Of a DNA stretch of 64,000 nt, positions 53,618 through 64,000 are shown piece after piece. Source of the stretch: an uncultured Planctomycetaceae bacterium (GTDB lineage Bacteria > Planctomycetota > Planctomycetia > Isosphaerales > Isosphaeraceae); the NCBI GenBank assembly GCA_963833985.1, contig CAWIAD010000001.1:1152001-1216000 (forward strand), in the 5' to 3' direction. Below the pieces are notes generated by a model. That model searched no databases, was not told the DNA's origin, and saw only the letters and a list, made by a program, of their open reading frames with translations. Position 1 is the first letter of the stretch. Every line of letters starts with the position of its first letter. A program made the translations under genes and the position numbers.

Positions 53618-54219
53618 GGTTCGTACTCGATATTTGTTGGCCGCTCTTACCTCCAGGGCGATTCCCCGTTCACTACCAATATTATCTGCTAGCCAGTCTC
53701 TCGCGAATAGTGCCCGAGATTCACTCCACCCCCACCCTGGGTGTCCATCCGATTCGTGGAATGAAGTCCGCCCTCGGGTTTCTGGAAATCGATCGGCGCA
53801 GTGCGGTAACACTCAGAGCACCTGCCGAGGTTCTTCCGACGCTGGTCCCGTTAGGAGGAAAGAAACTCGACATCGGCGGGTGTCAAGTCCGGCTGGGCGT
53901 TCCACGACTCACCGCCCTGGCGCCCGCAGAGCGCCTTCGAGCCGACCTCGTCACTATCAAAGGATACATGTCGATGCCCGAATTCGAGTCGGGGGTAAGG
54001 AGACAGCTGTCCGCGCTTGGGATGAGCGATGAAGTCCGTGCGGAGGTTGGGCGTCGACGGGTCGTCCAGATACGGGGACAGACCATCGTCGGCTTCGGCC
54101 TTCGCCTCTCCGGTCTCTCCGAGGACGAGTCGGTCCGAGTTCAGCAGTACGGACTCGGGGGACGGCGACACTTCGGCTGCGGCCTATTCCAACCTGACTT
54201 GACGGAGATAACGTCGTGA
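53614..54219 (+). CDS. cas6: type I MYXAN-like Cas6 (copy b)
   Basis: PVHYQYYLLASLSR, GVHPIRG, G-loop GLGGRRHFGCGLF; GTGA overlap with cas8. Confidence 0.9.
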   Translation: MRFVLDICWPLLPPGRFPVHYQYYLLASLSRIVPEIHSTPTLGVHPIRGMKSALGFLEIDRRSAVTLRAPAEVLPTLVPLGGKKLDIGGCQVRLGVPRLTALAPAERLRADLVTIKGYMSMPEFESGVRRQLSALGMSDEVRAEVGRRRVVQIRGQTIVGFGLRLSGLSEDESVRVQQYGLGGRRHFGCGLFQPDLTEITS

Positions 54220-55910
54220 AGGGCGCTGAAAAGAAAACGAGGTTACAAGAGGGTCCAAGCCATTTGACCATGCGCCTCTTCGCCCCGGGTATGTCGGTCC
54301 TGCACCGCGCTGGGCTGGGCGGGCTGGCCTGCACGCTGAATGCGGTGGAAGATCGGCATCGAAGCGGGCTGTTGCGCCCCGAGCGATTGCCCGCGCCGTT
54401 CGAGGGCGACAAGCCCCCCTGGGAGATCGACGAGCAGTCGGTGACGCTCCGGTTCGGCAAGCCCGAGAACGCGGGCGAGTACCTGAGGAAGCTTTTCGAG
54501 TTTGCCTTTCAAATTCGCAAGGACGGCCTGATCAGCCTGCCTGGGCAATTCCAAGGGGAGTTATCGGCAGCCGTGCTCGCCGACTTGCAATTGGGGCTCA
54601 CGCTGACGTTCTTGCAGCACGGCCGGGTTCGGGCTCTTGCGAAGGAGGCCACCGTAGCCAGCTATGATACTGACGGAGATGGTGTTCCCGGAGTCGTGGT
54701 CCAGTACAAGAAGTGCTCGGCGTTCAAGCACCAGAAGGGCTGGGAATCGCTGGTTGGCGGCAGTGGCGCCCTGGTATCCGGTTCCATCGCTGTCGATGGG
54801 CCCATCAGTCCCGGCTCGGTCGTGAGGCACGTGGCATACACCGGCGATACGGGTATCGAGGATCCTCCGGAGCGGATGCTTCCTCTGTACTTCGCGCTCG
54901 TCGGCTGCCTGGCCCTGCCCGTGAACCGTGGCGTCGCGGCGCTCATCGTTCCGGATGTCACGGACCTCTCCGAGTTCGTCCTCGATCGTGCGGCGATGAC
55001 CCCGACAACAGCAACGCAGTGCCAGATCGCCGGTGCCGCCGACGCCGCCTTCAGCGCCCAGGTGCGAATCCGCCGCAATCCAAGGAGATCCGCCGAGGTG
55101 GAGTCGAGGGCTCGCCAGGCGCTGTCTGGGTCCGCAATCCCGGCATGCTACGCCATGACCTTCACGCCGACTCCCTGGGCCAGTCAGCAGAAGTCTCGCG
55201 TGGCGACGATCATCGTTCCTCAGGGAGAGAAGCGAACGCTGGACCTCTACGAGCGAGCCGCCACTCACCTGCCCGCAAGGATTGCGACTCGCACGGTCCG
55301 AGAATCGACCGGGCGTGGCAAGCAGCGCACGGTGACCGAGCGCCAGGAGTCGTTCCGAGCCGATAGCATTGTCCGCCCCCTGGTCGCCGAGAACCTGGCA
55401 TTGGGCCGCCCCTGGTATTCCGGGTTCGTGAAACTACTGACCAAGACAAACCCAGCGACCGGCAACCCTTACCGCAACCAACTTCCCTTCGAGCGCGGAG
55501 GATTGAATGCCATGATTTCAGATCCCCAGATGTGGGACGACCGGGGAGAGGAGCTTATCGTCAAGGCCGTCCACGAGGCCATCCGGCAGACCCTTGGCCG
55601 GATCAAGCAGGAGACCGATGGGCCGGGGAACAAGCCGCCCTCACAGGCGACCAAGAACCGCTGGACGAGGTTCCAGGAGAAACTGCGGCTCTCGCTGGCC
55701 GAATCGAAAACCCCAAACGACGCCCGCCATGCCCTGTGCAATCTGTTCAGCCGGGCTGGCCGCGTGCCCGCTCTGGCCGAGTATTGGCAGCTTGTGCTGC
55801 CCAAGCTCGCCGACCGCCGCTGGCAACTGACGCGCGACCTGGCCTTGCTCGCCCTCGCGAGCTATTCCGGCAGATCCAGCGAAAACGGTGACGAACAACC
55901 TCAACAGTGA
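54216..55910 (+). CDS. cas8: Cas8 large subunit (Cas8a1/Cmx1, MYXAN-like)
   Basis: APGMSVLHRAGLGGL, TFLQH, PWASQQKSR, DLALLALASY; position before cas7. Confidence 0.88.
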   Translation: MKGAEKKTRLQEGPSHLTMRLFAPGMSVLHRAGLGGLACTLNAVEDRHRSGLLRPERLPAPFEGDKPPWEIDEQSVTLRFGKPENAGEYLRKLFEFAFQIRKDGLISLPGQFQGELSAAVLADLQLGLTLTFLQHGRVRALAKEATVASYDTDGDGVPGVVVQYKKCSAFKHQKGWESLVGGSGALVSGSIAVDGPISPGSVVRHVAYTGDTGIEDPPERMLPLYFALVGCLALPVNRGVAALIVPDVTDLSEFVLDRAAMTPTTATQCQIAGAADAAFSAQVRIRRNPRRSAEVESRARQALSGSAIPACYAMTFTPTPWASQQKSRVATIIVPQGEKRTLDLYERAATHLPARIATRTVRESTGRGKQRTVTERQESFRADSIVRPLVAENLALGRPWYSGFVKLLTKTNPATGNPYRNQLPFERGGLNAMISDPQMWDDRGEELIVKAVHEAIRQTLGRIKQETDGPGNKPPSQATKNRWTRFQEKLRLSLAESKTPNDARHALCNLFSRAGRVPALAEYWQLVLPKLADRRWQLTRDLALLALASYSGRSSENGDEQPQQ

Positions 55911-55931
55911 ACTTCCTGGAGAAAAAAACCC

Positions 55932-56819
55932 ATGAGCCTGCACGTATTCGCGAACTTCGTGACACCCTTTGGCGCGGCGGCCAATAACCGGGCCGAGACC
56001 GAGGGCAACATCACGACCCTTCAAAAGCTCGTCTGGATGGGGGAGACACACACCACCGTGAGCGCCGAGGCCATCCGCTTTGCTCTTCGAAGGCGACTCG
56101 CTTCCCTTGATGAGCGGGGTTCGAACCGCAAGTGGGACGAGGACGAGAGGAACAACACCTGGCAGGACTGGACATTCAAGGGATGGACCTCGAAGGGCGG
56201 CGAGACATTCATCGACGACGACCTGCTCGGCTTCATGACCGCCGAGGCCGCGAAGGAAGAAGGCGAGTCGGGCACCGCCAACGTCCGCCGGGCGGTGCTG
56301 GAGGTGACGCGGGCCGTATCGCTCACCCCGTGGTCGGGTGACGTCACGTTCAATGCAGCATCGCCGGGCGCCACACCCTCGGCACAGAAGAAAGGGAGCA
56401 ACCCGGTGCCATACGGCACCGAGGTCCACGCGACTCGCTACCAGTACGGCATCGCGCTGACGCCCGAGCGGCTTCGCGACAGCTCCCGGGCGGCGAAGGC
56501 CATCGAGGCGCTCTGCAATCTCGGCACGGTCGCCGGTAATCACGGCCGTTTTCTTTTCGACTTCTCACCCGACGCCGTCGTCTTCCGCATCACCCAGGAT
56601 CCCGCGCCACGCCTGCTGTACTGCTTCGAGACAGCGGATGACGGCAAGAGCATCATCGCCCCGCGCCTGGAGGCCCGCGTCAGCGCTGGCGACATCGACA
56701 GCAGCGAGCTGATCATCGCGGGGGTCAAGGTCCAGGGTGTCGATACGGAAAAGGGCGTGAAGGCCGCCTGCGCCCAGGCCGTCACCAGGATCAACGAGTC
56801 CTTGAAGGCCAAGAGGTAA
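55932..56819 (+). CDS. cas7: Cas7/DevR
   Basis: AANNRAETEGNITTLQK, TVSAEAIRFALR, FIDDDLLGFM, VAGNHGRFLFDFSP. Confidence 0.93.
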   Translation: MSLHVFANFVTPFGAAANNRAETEGNITTLQKLVWMGETHTTVSAEAIRFALRRRLASLDERGSNRKWDEDERNNTWQDWTFKGWTSKGGETFIDDDLLGFMTAEAAKEEGESGTANVRRAVLEVTRAVSLTPWSGDVTFNAASPGATPSAQKKGSNPVPYGTEVHATRYQYGIALTPERLRDSSRAAKAIEALCNLGTVAGNHGRFLFDFSPDAVVFRITQDPAPRLLYCFETADDGKSIIAPRLEARVSAGDIDSSELIIAGVKVQGVDTEKGVKAACAQAVTRINESLKAKR

Positions 56820-56822
56820 TCC

Positions 56823-57458
56823 ATGCTCGGCTTGTACGTTACCGTTCCGATCGCCTGCTTCCGGAAAGGTCTGGCGCGGGAGTATCTCGAGACCGAGCCC
56901 CTGCCACCGCCCGCGACGTGCTACGGCTTCCTGCTCTCGTTGGTCGGTGAAACCGATCGGCGGCGGCACATCGGTGCTCGCGTTTGCCCCGCCCTGCTCA
57001 ACAAGCCGGAGATGAGCGTCGTCATCAGGACCGTCTGGCGCGTCAAGAAGACGCCCCTGGGCTCGTCGGGAAATACCCGGCCTGACTATCAGCAACTTCT
57101 CTCGCCGATCCGTCTGCTCATCTGGCTCGACTCCTCCGAGGAAAAGGGCGAGCAGCCAGGGCTGGAAGACCGCGTATCCGTCGCGCTTGACGAGCCTGGC
57201 CGCATTTCCCGGTTCGGCGGCCTCTCCCTCGGCGAGAGCACGCACCTGGTTGATGAGGTTCGGCGCCCACGCGCCGGCGACGACGAAGACGTTCCAGCGC
57301 GGGCGTATCTCCTGGCCGAACGGGGACGCCTGTCGCTGCCGGTCTGGGTTGACCATGTCGGATCGGCCGGCACCCGCTTCGCGGTCGGGGAGCTTGTCGA
57401 TCAGCACGGAATGAAGCCGCCGGATCGAATCCGGATGCCCATCATTACTCCAACATAG
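56823..57458 (+). CDS. cas5: Cas5/DevS
   Basis: VPIACFRKGLAREYLET...PPPATCYGFLLSLVGE, GGLSLGESTHLVD. Confidence 0.93.
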   Translation: MLGLYVTVPIACFRKGLAREYLETEPLPPPATCYGFLLSLVGETDRRRHIGARVCPALLNKPEMSVVIRTVWRVKKTPLGSSGNTRPDYQQLLSPIRLLIWLDSSEEKGEQPGLEDRVSVALDEPGRISRFGGLSLGESTHLVDEVRRPRAGDDEDVPARAYLLAERGRLSLPVWVDHVGSAGTRFAVGELVDQHGMKPPDRIRMPIITPT

Positions 57459-57491
57459 ATCGGGCCTGTACGGTCCCGAGAAGGAGCTTCG

Positions 57492-59150
57492 ATGCCAGAA
57501 CAACCGCTCGACGGTCGCGCTACCCGTCTGCGCGTGATGTCCCTGCACGCCCTGGCCTACTGCCAGCGTCTTTTCTACCTGGAGGAGGTCGAGGAGATTC
57601 GCGTCGCCGACGAGCGCGTCTTCGCCGGTCGCGAGCTGCATGCGTCGCTCGAGGCCGGTGAGGACGGGGAGCGAACGCAACTTGAACTCGAAGACCGCGA
57701 CCTGGGACTGGTGGGCAAGGTCGACGCCCTCCGGAAACGGGATGGATCGCTGGTGCCTTATGAGCACAAGCGAGGGAAGTCGTGCAAGCTTGACGGGCAG
57801 GCCCATGCCTGGCCGTCCGACCGGCTCCAGGTCATCGCCTATGCCGTGCTCATCGAGTCCGCCTTCGGTCAGACCATTCCCGAGGGCCGGGTTCGCTACC
57901 ACGCCGACCACGCCACGGTGCGCATTCCCATCGACGCGCAGGCCCGCCAGGACCTGGACGATGCCATCGCGACGGCACGCCGGCTGAGCGAGTCGACCGA
58001 GCGACCCCCTGTCACCGACAACGAGCGGCTCTGTGCGAAGTGCTCGCTGGCGCCGGTGTGCCTGCCCGAGGAGAGCCGGCTCGTCGAGGACAACGGACGT
58101 CAGCCGGTCCGGCTCTTCCCGCCAGATCGCGATGGGACGACGCTTCATGTCGTGACGCCGGGCGCCCGCGTCGGCCGCAGCGCGGAGACACTCACGATCA
58201 CCTTGCCCGACGTCACCCCTCCCTCGCGCCACCCGATCCGCGGCATCGACTCCGTGCTCCTCCATGGTCATGTCCAGGCGACGACCCAGGCACTGAGCCT
58301 CTGTGTCGATCACGACATTCCCGTTCACTGGTTGACGACAACCGGCCGCCATGTCGCGAGCCTGACCGCCTCGGCCGGCCAGGTCCAGCGCCGGGTGCGG
58401 CAGTATCGCGCCCTTGCGGATGAGGCGGCCTGCCTGCGGCTCGCCCGCGCCCTGGTGCGTGCCAAGATCGAGGGCCAGCACCGCTACCTCCTCCGCGCCT
58501 CGCGTGGCGACGACTCCCAGCGCGACGCCATGGAGGCCGATCTCGTCCTGCTTCGCTCGGCCCTCTTGAGCCTGGACCAGGCAGCGGATCGCGACTCTCT
58601 TCGAGGTCACGAGGGCTCCGCCGCCGTGGGATACTTCGGCGGGCTCGGCCGGCTTCTGGTCGCCTCGGTACCCGACTCGCTGCGGTATTCCACCCGCAGC
58701 CGGCGGCCTCCCCTGGACCGCTTCAATGCCCTGCTCAGCTTCGGCTACGGCCTGCTGCACACGGCCGTCATGCGGGCCATCCTGGCAAGCGGCCTGGAGC
58801 CCTCGCTGGGCTTTTTCCACACCCCGCGCAGCGCCGCGTATCCGCTGGTGCTCGACCTCATGGAACTGTTCCGGGTCATCCTCTGGGACATGGTGGTCAT
58901 CGGCTCCCTGAACCGCGGCCAGTGGGATCCGGACGCCGACTTCCTCGTCACCAAGGCGAAGGTCTGGCTTTCCGAGGACGGCCGCAAGAAGGCGATCAAC
59001 CTGTTCGAGTCGCGCCTTGACGAGACCTGGAAGCACCCGGTCCTCGGTTACTCGCTCTCCTACGCACGGACCCTGGAACTGGAGGCCCGGCTCCTGGAGA
59101 AGGAGTGGAGCGGCGAGTCCGGACTCTTCGCACGCCTGCGGATTCGCTGA
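57492..59150 (+). CDS. cas1: Cas4-Cas1 fusion
   Basis: YCQRLFY, GKVD, EHKRG, CAKCSLAPVCLP (Cas4); LRGHEG, RRPPLDRFNALLSFGY, LDLMELFR (Cas1). Confidence 0.95.
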   Translation: MPEQPLDGRATRLRVMSLHALAYCQRLFYLEEVEEIRVADERVFAGRELHASLEAGEDGERTQLELEDRDLGLVGKVDALRKRDGSLVPYEHKRGKSCKLDGQAHAWPSDRLQVIAYAVLIESAFGQTIPEGRVRYHADHATVRIPIDAQARQDLDDAIATARRLSESTERPPVTDNERLCAKCSLAPVCLPEESRLVEDNGRQPVRLFPPDRDGTTLHVVTPGARVGRSAETLTITLPDVTPPSRHPIRGIDSVLLHGHVQATTQALSLCVDHDIPVHWLTTTGRHVASLTASAGQVQRRVRQYRALADEAACLRLARALVRAKIEGQHRYLLRASRGDDSQRDAMEADLVLLRSALLSLDQAADRDSLRGHEGSAAVGYFGGLGRLLVASVPDSLRYSTRSRRPPLDRFNALLSFGYGLLHTAVMRAILASGLEPSLGFFHTPRSAAYPLVLDLMELFRVILWDMVVIGSLNRGQWDPDADFLVTKAKVWLSEDGRKKAINLFESRLDETWKHPVLGYSLSYARTLELEARLLEKEWSGESGLFARLRIR

Positions 59151-59184
59151 CGAGAATGACCGCCAGATCAGCAAGGAACGACCC

Positions 59185-59484
59185 TTGAACGACGCACGGT
59201 GGTGGCTGGTTTGCTATGATGTTCGCGACCCGGTTCGATTACGCCGCACCGCCCGGATTTTGGAGGGCGCGGGGGAGCGGATTCAGTACTCCGTCTTCCG
59301 CTGCTGGCTGAGCCCCACCCAGATGAACGAGCTGCGCTGGAACCTGACCGAGGTCCTGGAGCCCGAGGACGATGTATTGCTGATACCGCTCTGCCCGCGC
59401 TGTGTCCGGGGCATGGCCACGACCCACACCGCGACCAAGGTTCCGGACTGGCCCGCGGGTCCGGAATCCCACTCGATCGTCTAA
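59185..59484 (+). CDS. cas2: Cas2
   Basis: WLVCYDVRDPVRLRR...ERIQYSVFRC; in-frame TTG start after AAGGA. Confidence 0.93.
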   Translation: MNDARWWLVCYDVRDPVRLRRTARILEGAGERIQYSVFRCWLSPTQMNELRWNLTEVLEPEDDVLLIPLCPRCVRGMATTHTATKVPDWPAGPESHSIV

Positions 59485-59749
59485 CTTCGATTTCGCGGAT
59501 TCAAGCATCTGGTTCCGTGCCCCGGCTGACGCGGCAATCCTCGCCTGAAGTATCCAGCACAAAAGGGTTTACGTCTCTTTGGCAATTCGGAAGATCCATG
59601 ACTTTCCCGAAAGTCTTGCAGTACAAGCATTTGGGGAGGCTCTTCGGGAAGAAGCTTGAACGAGGGGAGCCCCACGATCATGTATCTCGCTGATGCGCTT
59701 GATCGACTGAGTCGCAAGTCGTTATCATGGTACAGGATATGATGGGGGA
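59485..59749 (+). promoter_or_regulatory. CRISPR leader
   Basis: Lower-GC non-coding segment between cas2 and the first repeat. Confidence 0.75.
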
Positions 59750-62700
59750 CCGCCCTCGACCATGACGCCGAAAGGCGTTGAGCACTCATGGCCTCATCGG
59801 CGTCGATCTCCGAAAAGCCCCGCCCTCGACCATGACGCCGAAAGGCGTTGAGCACAAGGCCGGCGGCTGGGACCACAGCCGAAATCACCCCCGCCCTCGA
59901 CCATGACGCCGAAAGGCGTTGAGCACGAATACCCGACGAGATCATCGTGCTGGTGCCCTATCCGCCCTCGACCATGACGCCGAACGGCGTTGAGCACATG
60001 GCAATAGCTTCTGGTCGCGCCAGGTCGAGATGCCGCCCTCGACCATGACGCCGAAAGGCGTTGAGCACCCCTTTTTCTCGCCGTGCTGAATCGCCGTGGC
60101 GATCCGCCCTCGACCATGACGCCGAAAGGCGTTGAGCACAGAACGGGATGCACCCATAGTCGTGCGGCTCCTGGCCGCCCTCGACCATGACGCCGAAAGG
60201 CGTTGAGCACACCCGGCCGCGGCTGCGGTGCGGTCGAACCCGGATTGACCGCCCTCGACCATGACGCCGAAAGGCGTTGAGCACGAAACCGCCCCTGGGC
60301 CCTTACCACCAAGTAACGCCCGCCCTCGACCATGACGCCGAAAGGCGTTGAGCACATCGAACAGACCGCCGATCACGCCAAGCCGGCCGACCGAGCCCGC
60401 CCTCGACCATGACGCCGAAAGGCGTTGAGCACATCCTAACGACCCGAGCACATATAACACCGCGGACATCCGCCCTCGACCATGACGCCGAAAGGCGTTG
60501 AGCACACCGGCCGGCGGCGATCCGGTCGCGGACGCACGGTGACCGCCCTCGACCATGACGCCGAAAGGCGTTGAGCACGTTGAGGAACATCACCCCGTCG
60601 TCCCGCAGCACTCGCCCGCCCTCGACCATGACGCCGAAAGGCGTTGAGCACACGGCACGCCGAACAACGCCAACCCCATCAATGTGCCCGCCCTCGACCA
60701 TGACGCCGAAAGGCGTTGAGCACCGGCCTCGCCCTGGCGGACGTGGAGATCAGCGCAGCCCGCCCTCGACCATGACGCCGAAAGGCGTTGAGCACAACGT
60801 GAACGTCCCGGTGGTCAACACCGGCGACGCCCCGCCCTCGACCATGACGCCGAAAGGCGTTGAGCACGTGCTATTATTGAGTCAGTGGAGATGAGTCCTG
60901 AACCGCCCTCGACCATGACGCCGAAAGGCGTTGAGCACGAGCTGCGTGCGGATGCGCGTGTGGCGGAGCTGCCGTTCCGCCCTCGACCATGACGCCGAAA
61001 GGCGTTGAGCACGCTACCGCACCCACATTGTGCCGCTGGCCCACGAGGCCGCCCTCGACCATGACGCCGAAAGGCGTTGAGCACTCTACCGTTCGATGAT
61101 TCCCGGCGGCGCGTTCCTGCCCGCCCTCGACCATGACGCCGAAAGGCGTTGAGCACGGTGATCGGCGACGAGATCATCCCCGGCTCGAAGCTCCGCCCTC
61201 GACCATGACGCCGAAAGGCGTTGAGCACGTCTCCTTCGCCACGAAGCGGGGGACAGTGATGCTCCGCCCTCGACCATGACGCCGAAAGGCGTTGAGCACG
61301 TCAACCAGCGCGCGCTTCATACTCTGGAACAGCGACCGCCCTCGACCATGACGCCGAAAGGCGTTGAGCACCAATTGCTGCCCGCCGCCGATCAGAGGCC
61401 GGTCCTCCGCCCTCGACCATGACGCCGAAAGGCGTTGAGCACCGGCCTCGATGGTCGGATGAGTCCCCAGGCTCGCCCGCCCTCGACCATGACGCCGAAA
61501 GGCGTTGAGCACGCCCCGTCCGGCCTGCACTGGGGTGCAAGCCAGCATCGCCCGCCCTCGACCATGACGCCGAAAGGCGTTGAGCACGCTCGCCGTTGCG
61601 CGGGCGATGGCAATCACAGGCGCCGCCCTCGACCATGACGCCGAAAGGCGTTGAGCACACGCTGGCCCGTCTTGGCCTCGGCCTGGTCGAGATCCCGCCC
61701 TCGACCATGACGCCGAAAGGCGTTGAGCACCCGAGATCGCCGGCATTGAGGTAGACGCCCGCAACCGCCCTCGACCATGACGCCGAAAGGCGTTGAGCAC
61801 CACCTACCTCACTTTCTCGTCAATCTGATAGGGTCCGCCCTCGACCATGACGCCGAAAGGCGTTGAGCACAGATCGAATCCAAGAGAGTCTCCTGGCTCT
61901 GGCAACCGCCCTCGACCATGACGCCGAAAGGCGTTGAGCACTACGGCAGTTCGTCCCATGTTCCCACTAATACATCCGCCCTCGACCATGACGCCGAAAG
62001 GCGTTGAGCACCACCCGATGTCCTCAAGGTCACTCGAACCCTGGTTCCGCCCTCGACCATGACGCCGAAAGGCGTTGAGCACTCCCCGAGATGCTCGTGA
62101 GCTTCGGCAATGAGATCCGCCCTCGACCATGACGCCGAAAGGCGTTGAGCACCCAGTGATTTTGATGGCGTGCGGCATCAGGTGAACAGCCCGCCCTCGA
62201 CCATGACGCCGAAAGGCGTTGAGCACCCCCCAGGCCGTGCAAGCTCCCGGGGACGTGGGCGCCGCCCTCGACCATGACGCCGAAAGGCGTTGAGCACTAC
62301 CTACACGCGGGGCGGCACCGGGATCACCTTGACCGCCCTCGACCATGACGCCGAAAGGCGTTGAGCACGGGTTGGTGGCGGTGACCGAGAGCGTGGTCGA
62401 GGTCCGCCCTCGACCATGACGCCGAAAGGCGTTGAGCACACCCGCAAGGGCCGGAACGTCGCGGCCTACCCGCCCGCCCTCGACCATGACGCCGAAAGGC
62501 GTTGAGCACTCGCCGGCAGTGTGCTGGATCCGCTGGATGCCGTTCCCGCCCTCGACCATGACGCCGAAAGGCGTTGAGCACAACTGCGGATCTTCATGCC
62601 CCGCGTGAGCCCGAAAGCCGCCCTCGACCATGACGCCGAAAGGCGTTGAGCACCAGAACCCCGACGCGCGGGTTGATGGCGAGCTGGGGCCGCCCTCGAC

Positions 62701-64000
62701 CATGACGCCGAAAGGCGTTGAGCACTATCGGCGGCCAAGGGCCAGGGCGGCAACGCCCGTCCGCCCTCGACCATGACGCCGAAAGGCGTTGAGCACAGCC
62801 GCCGGCGGACGGACCGCCGCAGAACGGCAAGCCGCCCTCGACCATGACGCCGAAAGGCGTTGAGCACACGATCCTCGGGCACTCGCCCGACATCGCGGAC
62901 CCGCCCTCGACCATGACGCCGAAAGGCGTTGAGCACATCCGCGTCGGCGACACGATCATCGCCGTGACGGTCCGCCCTCGACCATGACGCCGAAAGGCGT
63001 TGAGCACCTGGGCAGGCTGCCTCTTCGTCCCGTACTCCGGACCGCCCTCGACCATGACGCCGAAAGGCGTTGAGCACCCGAGACGATGGTCCAGGAGTTG
63101 CCAGTCCTTCAGCCGCCCTCGACCATGACGCCGAAAGGCGTTGAGCACCAGGAGCTGTCTCGTCCGACTCCCTCACCCAGATCGCCGCCCTCGACCATGA
63201 CGCCGAAAGGCGTTGAGCACGCGCTGGGCGTGGCGAGGCTCTTGAACGACCCCGGCCGCCCTCGACCATGACGCCGAAAGGCGTTGAGCACAGTTCACCC
63301 CGAGCCCAGACGACCTTGCTGACTACCCCGCCCTCGACCATGACGCCGAAAGGCGTTGAGCACATCGGTAAGGACTTCTGGATCGGCCGGCTGATCTGGT
63401 CCGCCCTCGACCATGACGCCGAAAGGCGTTGAGCACACCGTGCCGCCGCCCGGCCAGGCCGTCGGAGCGCCATCCCGCCCTCGACCATGACGCCGAAAGG
63501 CGTTGAGCACACCAGTTCGTGCAGCTCCCAACGGCCGTCAACCAGGCCGCCCTCGACCATGACGCCGAAAGGCGTTGAGCACACGGTAATAGCTTCTGGT
63601 CGCGCCAGGTCGAAATGTCCGCCCTCGACCATGACGCCGAAAGGCCTTGAGCACACATATTCGGCGCAGCGTGCCAGCGCAGCTTGCGCCCGCCCTCGAC
63701 CATGACGCCGAAAGGCGTTGAGCACCACTTCGACACCAGGCGGGATGCGCTCGCGGATCGCCCGCCCTCGACCATGACGCCGAAAGGCGTTGAGCACAAG
63801 GAGCTGGAGGAGAACCCGCCGGCCCGGCTGCCCCGCCCTCGACCATGACGCCGAAAGGCGTTGAGCACGGCGCTGGACGCCGCGGCGGTCGCCGTCGTCC
63901 TTCTGGCCCGCCCTCGACCATGACGCCGAAAGGCGTTGAGCACCGGTTTATCCGGCTGAAGAAGGCCGGGACAATCGGCCGCCCTCGACCATGACGCCGA
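59750..64000 (+). CRISPR. CRISPR array, 36-nt repeat CCGCCCTCGACCATGACGCCGAAAGGCGTTGAGCAC, about 60 repeats/59 spacers (continues beyond window)
   Basis: Manual count; spacers about 33-41 nt; hairpin CGCC-GAAA-GGCG then 8-nt TTGAGCAC handle; single-base variant repeats start at 59962 and 63619. Confidence 0.99.

Noticed and set aside
48775..59484. CRISPR-associated transposon (I-B CAST) with a homing mini-array
   Set aside because: No tnsABC/tniQ in the window, Cas3 and the adaptation genes are intact, and the mini-spacer matches the local RBS region
61157..61192. Spacer 20 as self-targeting of moeA (about 46520-46550)
   Set aside because: Needs a gap and several mismatches; chance similarity in GC-rich sequence
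59481..63943. Many ORFs over the CRISPR array
   Set aside because: Translations of the repeat (VLNAFRRHGRGR, CSTPFGVMVEGG), not genes

Overview
High-GC window, most likely from a planctomycete (Isosphaeraceae-like): it carries DUF1559, PEP-CTERM, a large ECF-sigma fusion and a WD40 kinase. From left to right: a tripartite RND efflux operon; an accessory zone downstream of dprA containing three orphan copies of the dprA 3' end interleaved with unrelated cargo; a housekeeping block (dprA, aroB, coaD, mcsA-mcsA-mcsB, trpE); signalling genes; a decayed serine recombinase followed by a redox-enzyme cluster; two moeA genes; and a complete type I-B (MYXAN-like) CRISPR-Cas locus (WYL-cas6-cas3-[insert]-cas6-cas8-cas7-cas5-cas4/1-cas2) with about 60 repeats running off the window end. 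The main finding lies in the cas3-cas8 insert. It holds an antisense mini-array of two degenerate repeats whose single spacer matches a site about 85 bp away at 16 of its first 19 nt (mismatches at positions 6, 9 and 12, ATG PAM). That site covers the RBS of a sigma-factor-like gene pair that heads the cas6b-Cascade genes, suggesting a Cascade-repressed sigma-factor circuit. Several conserved genes have single-base frameshifts, probably sequencing or assembly indels. All protein assignments come from motif recognition by eye; no database search was run.
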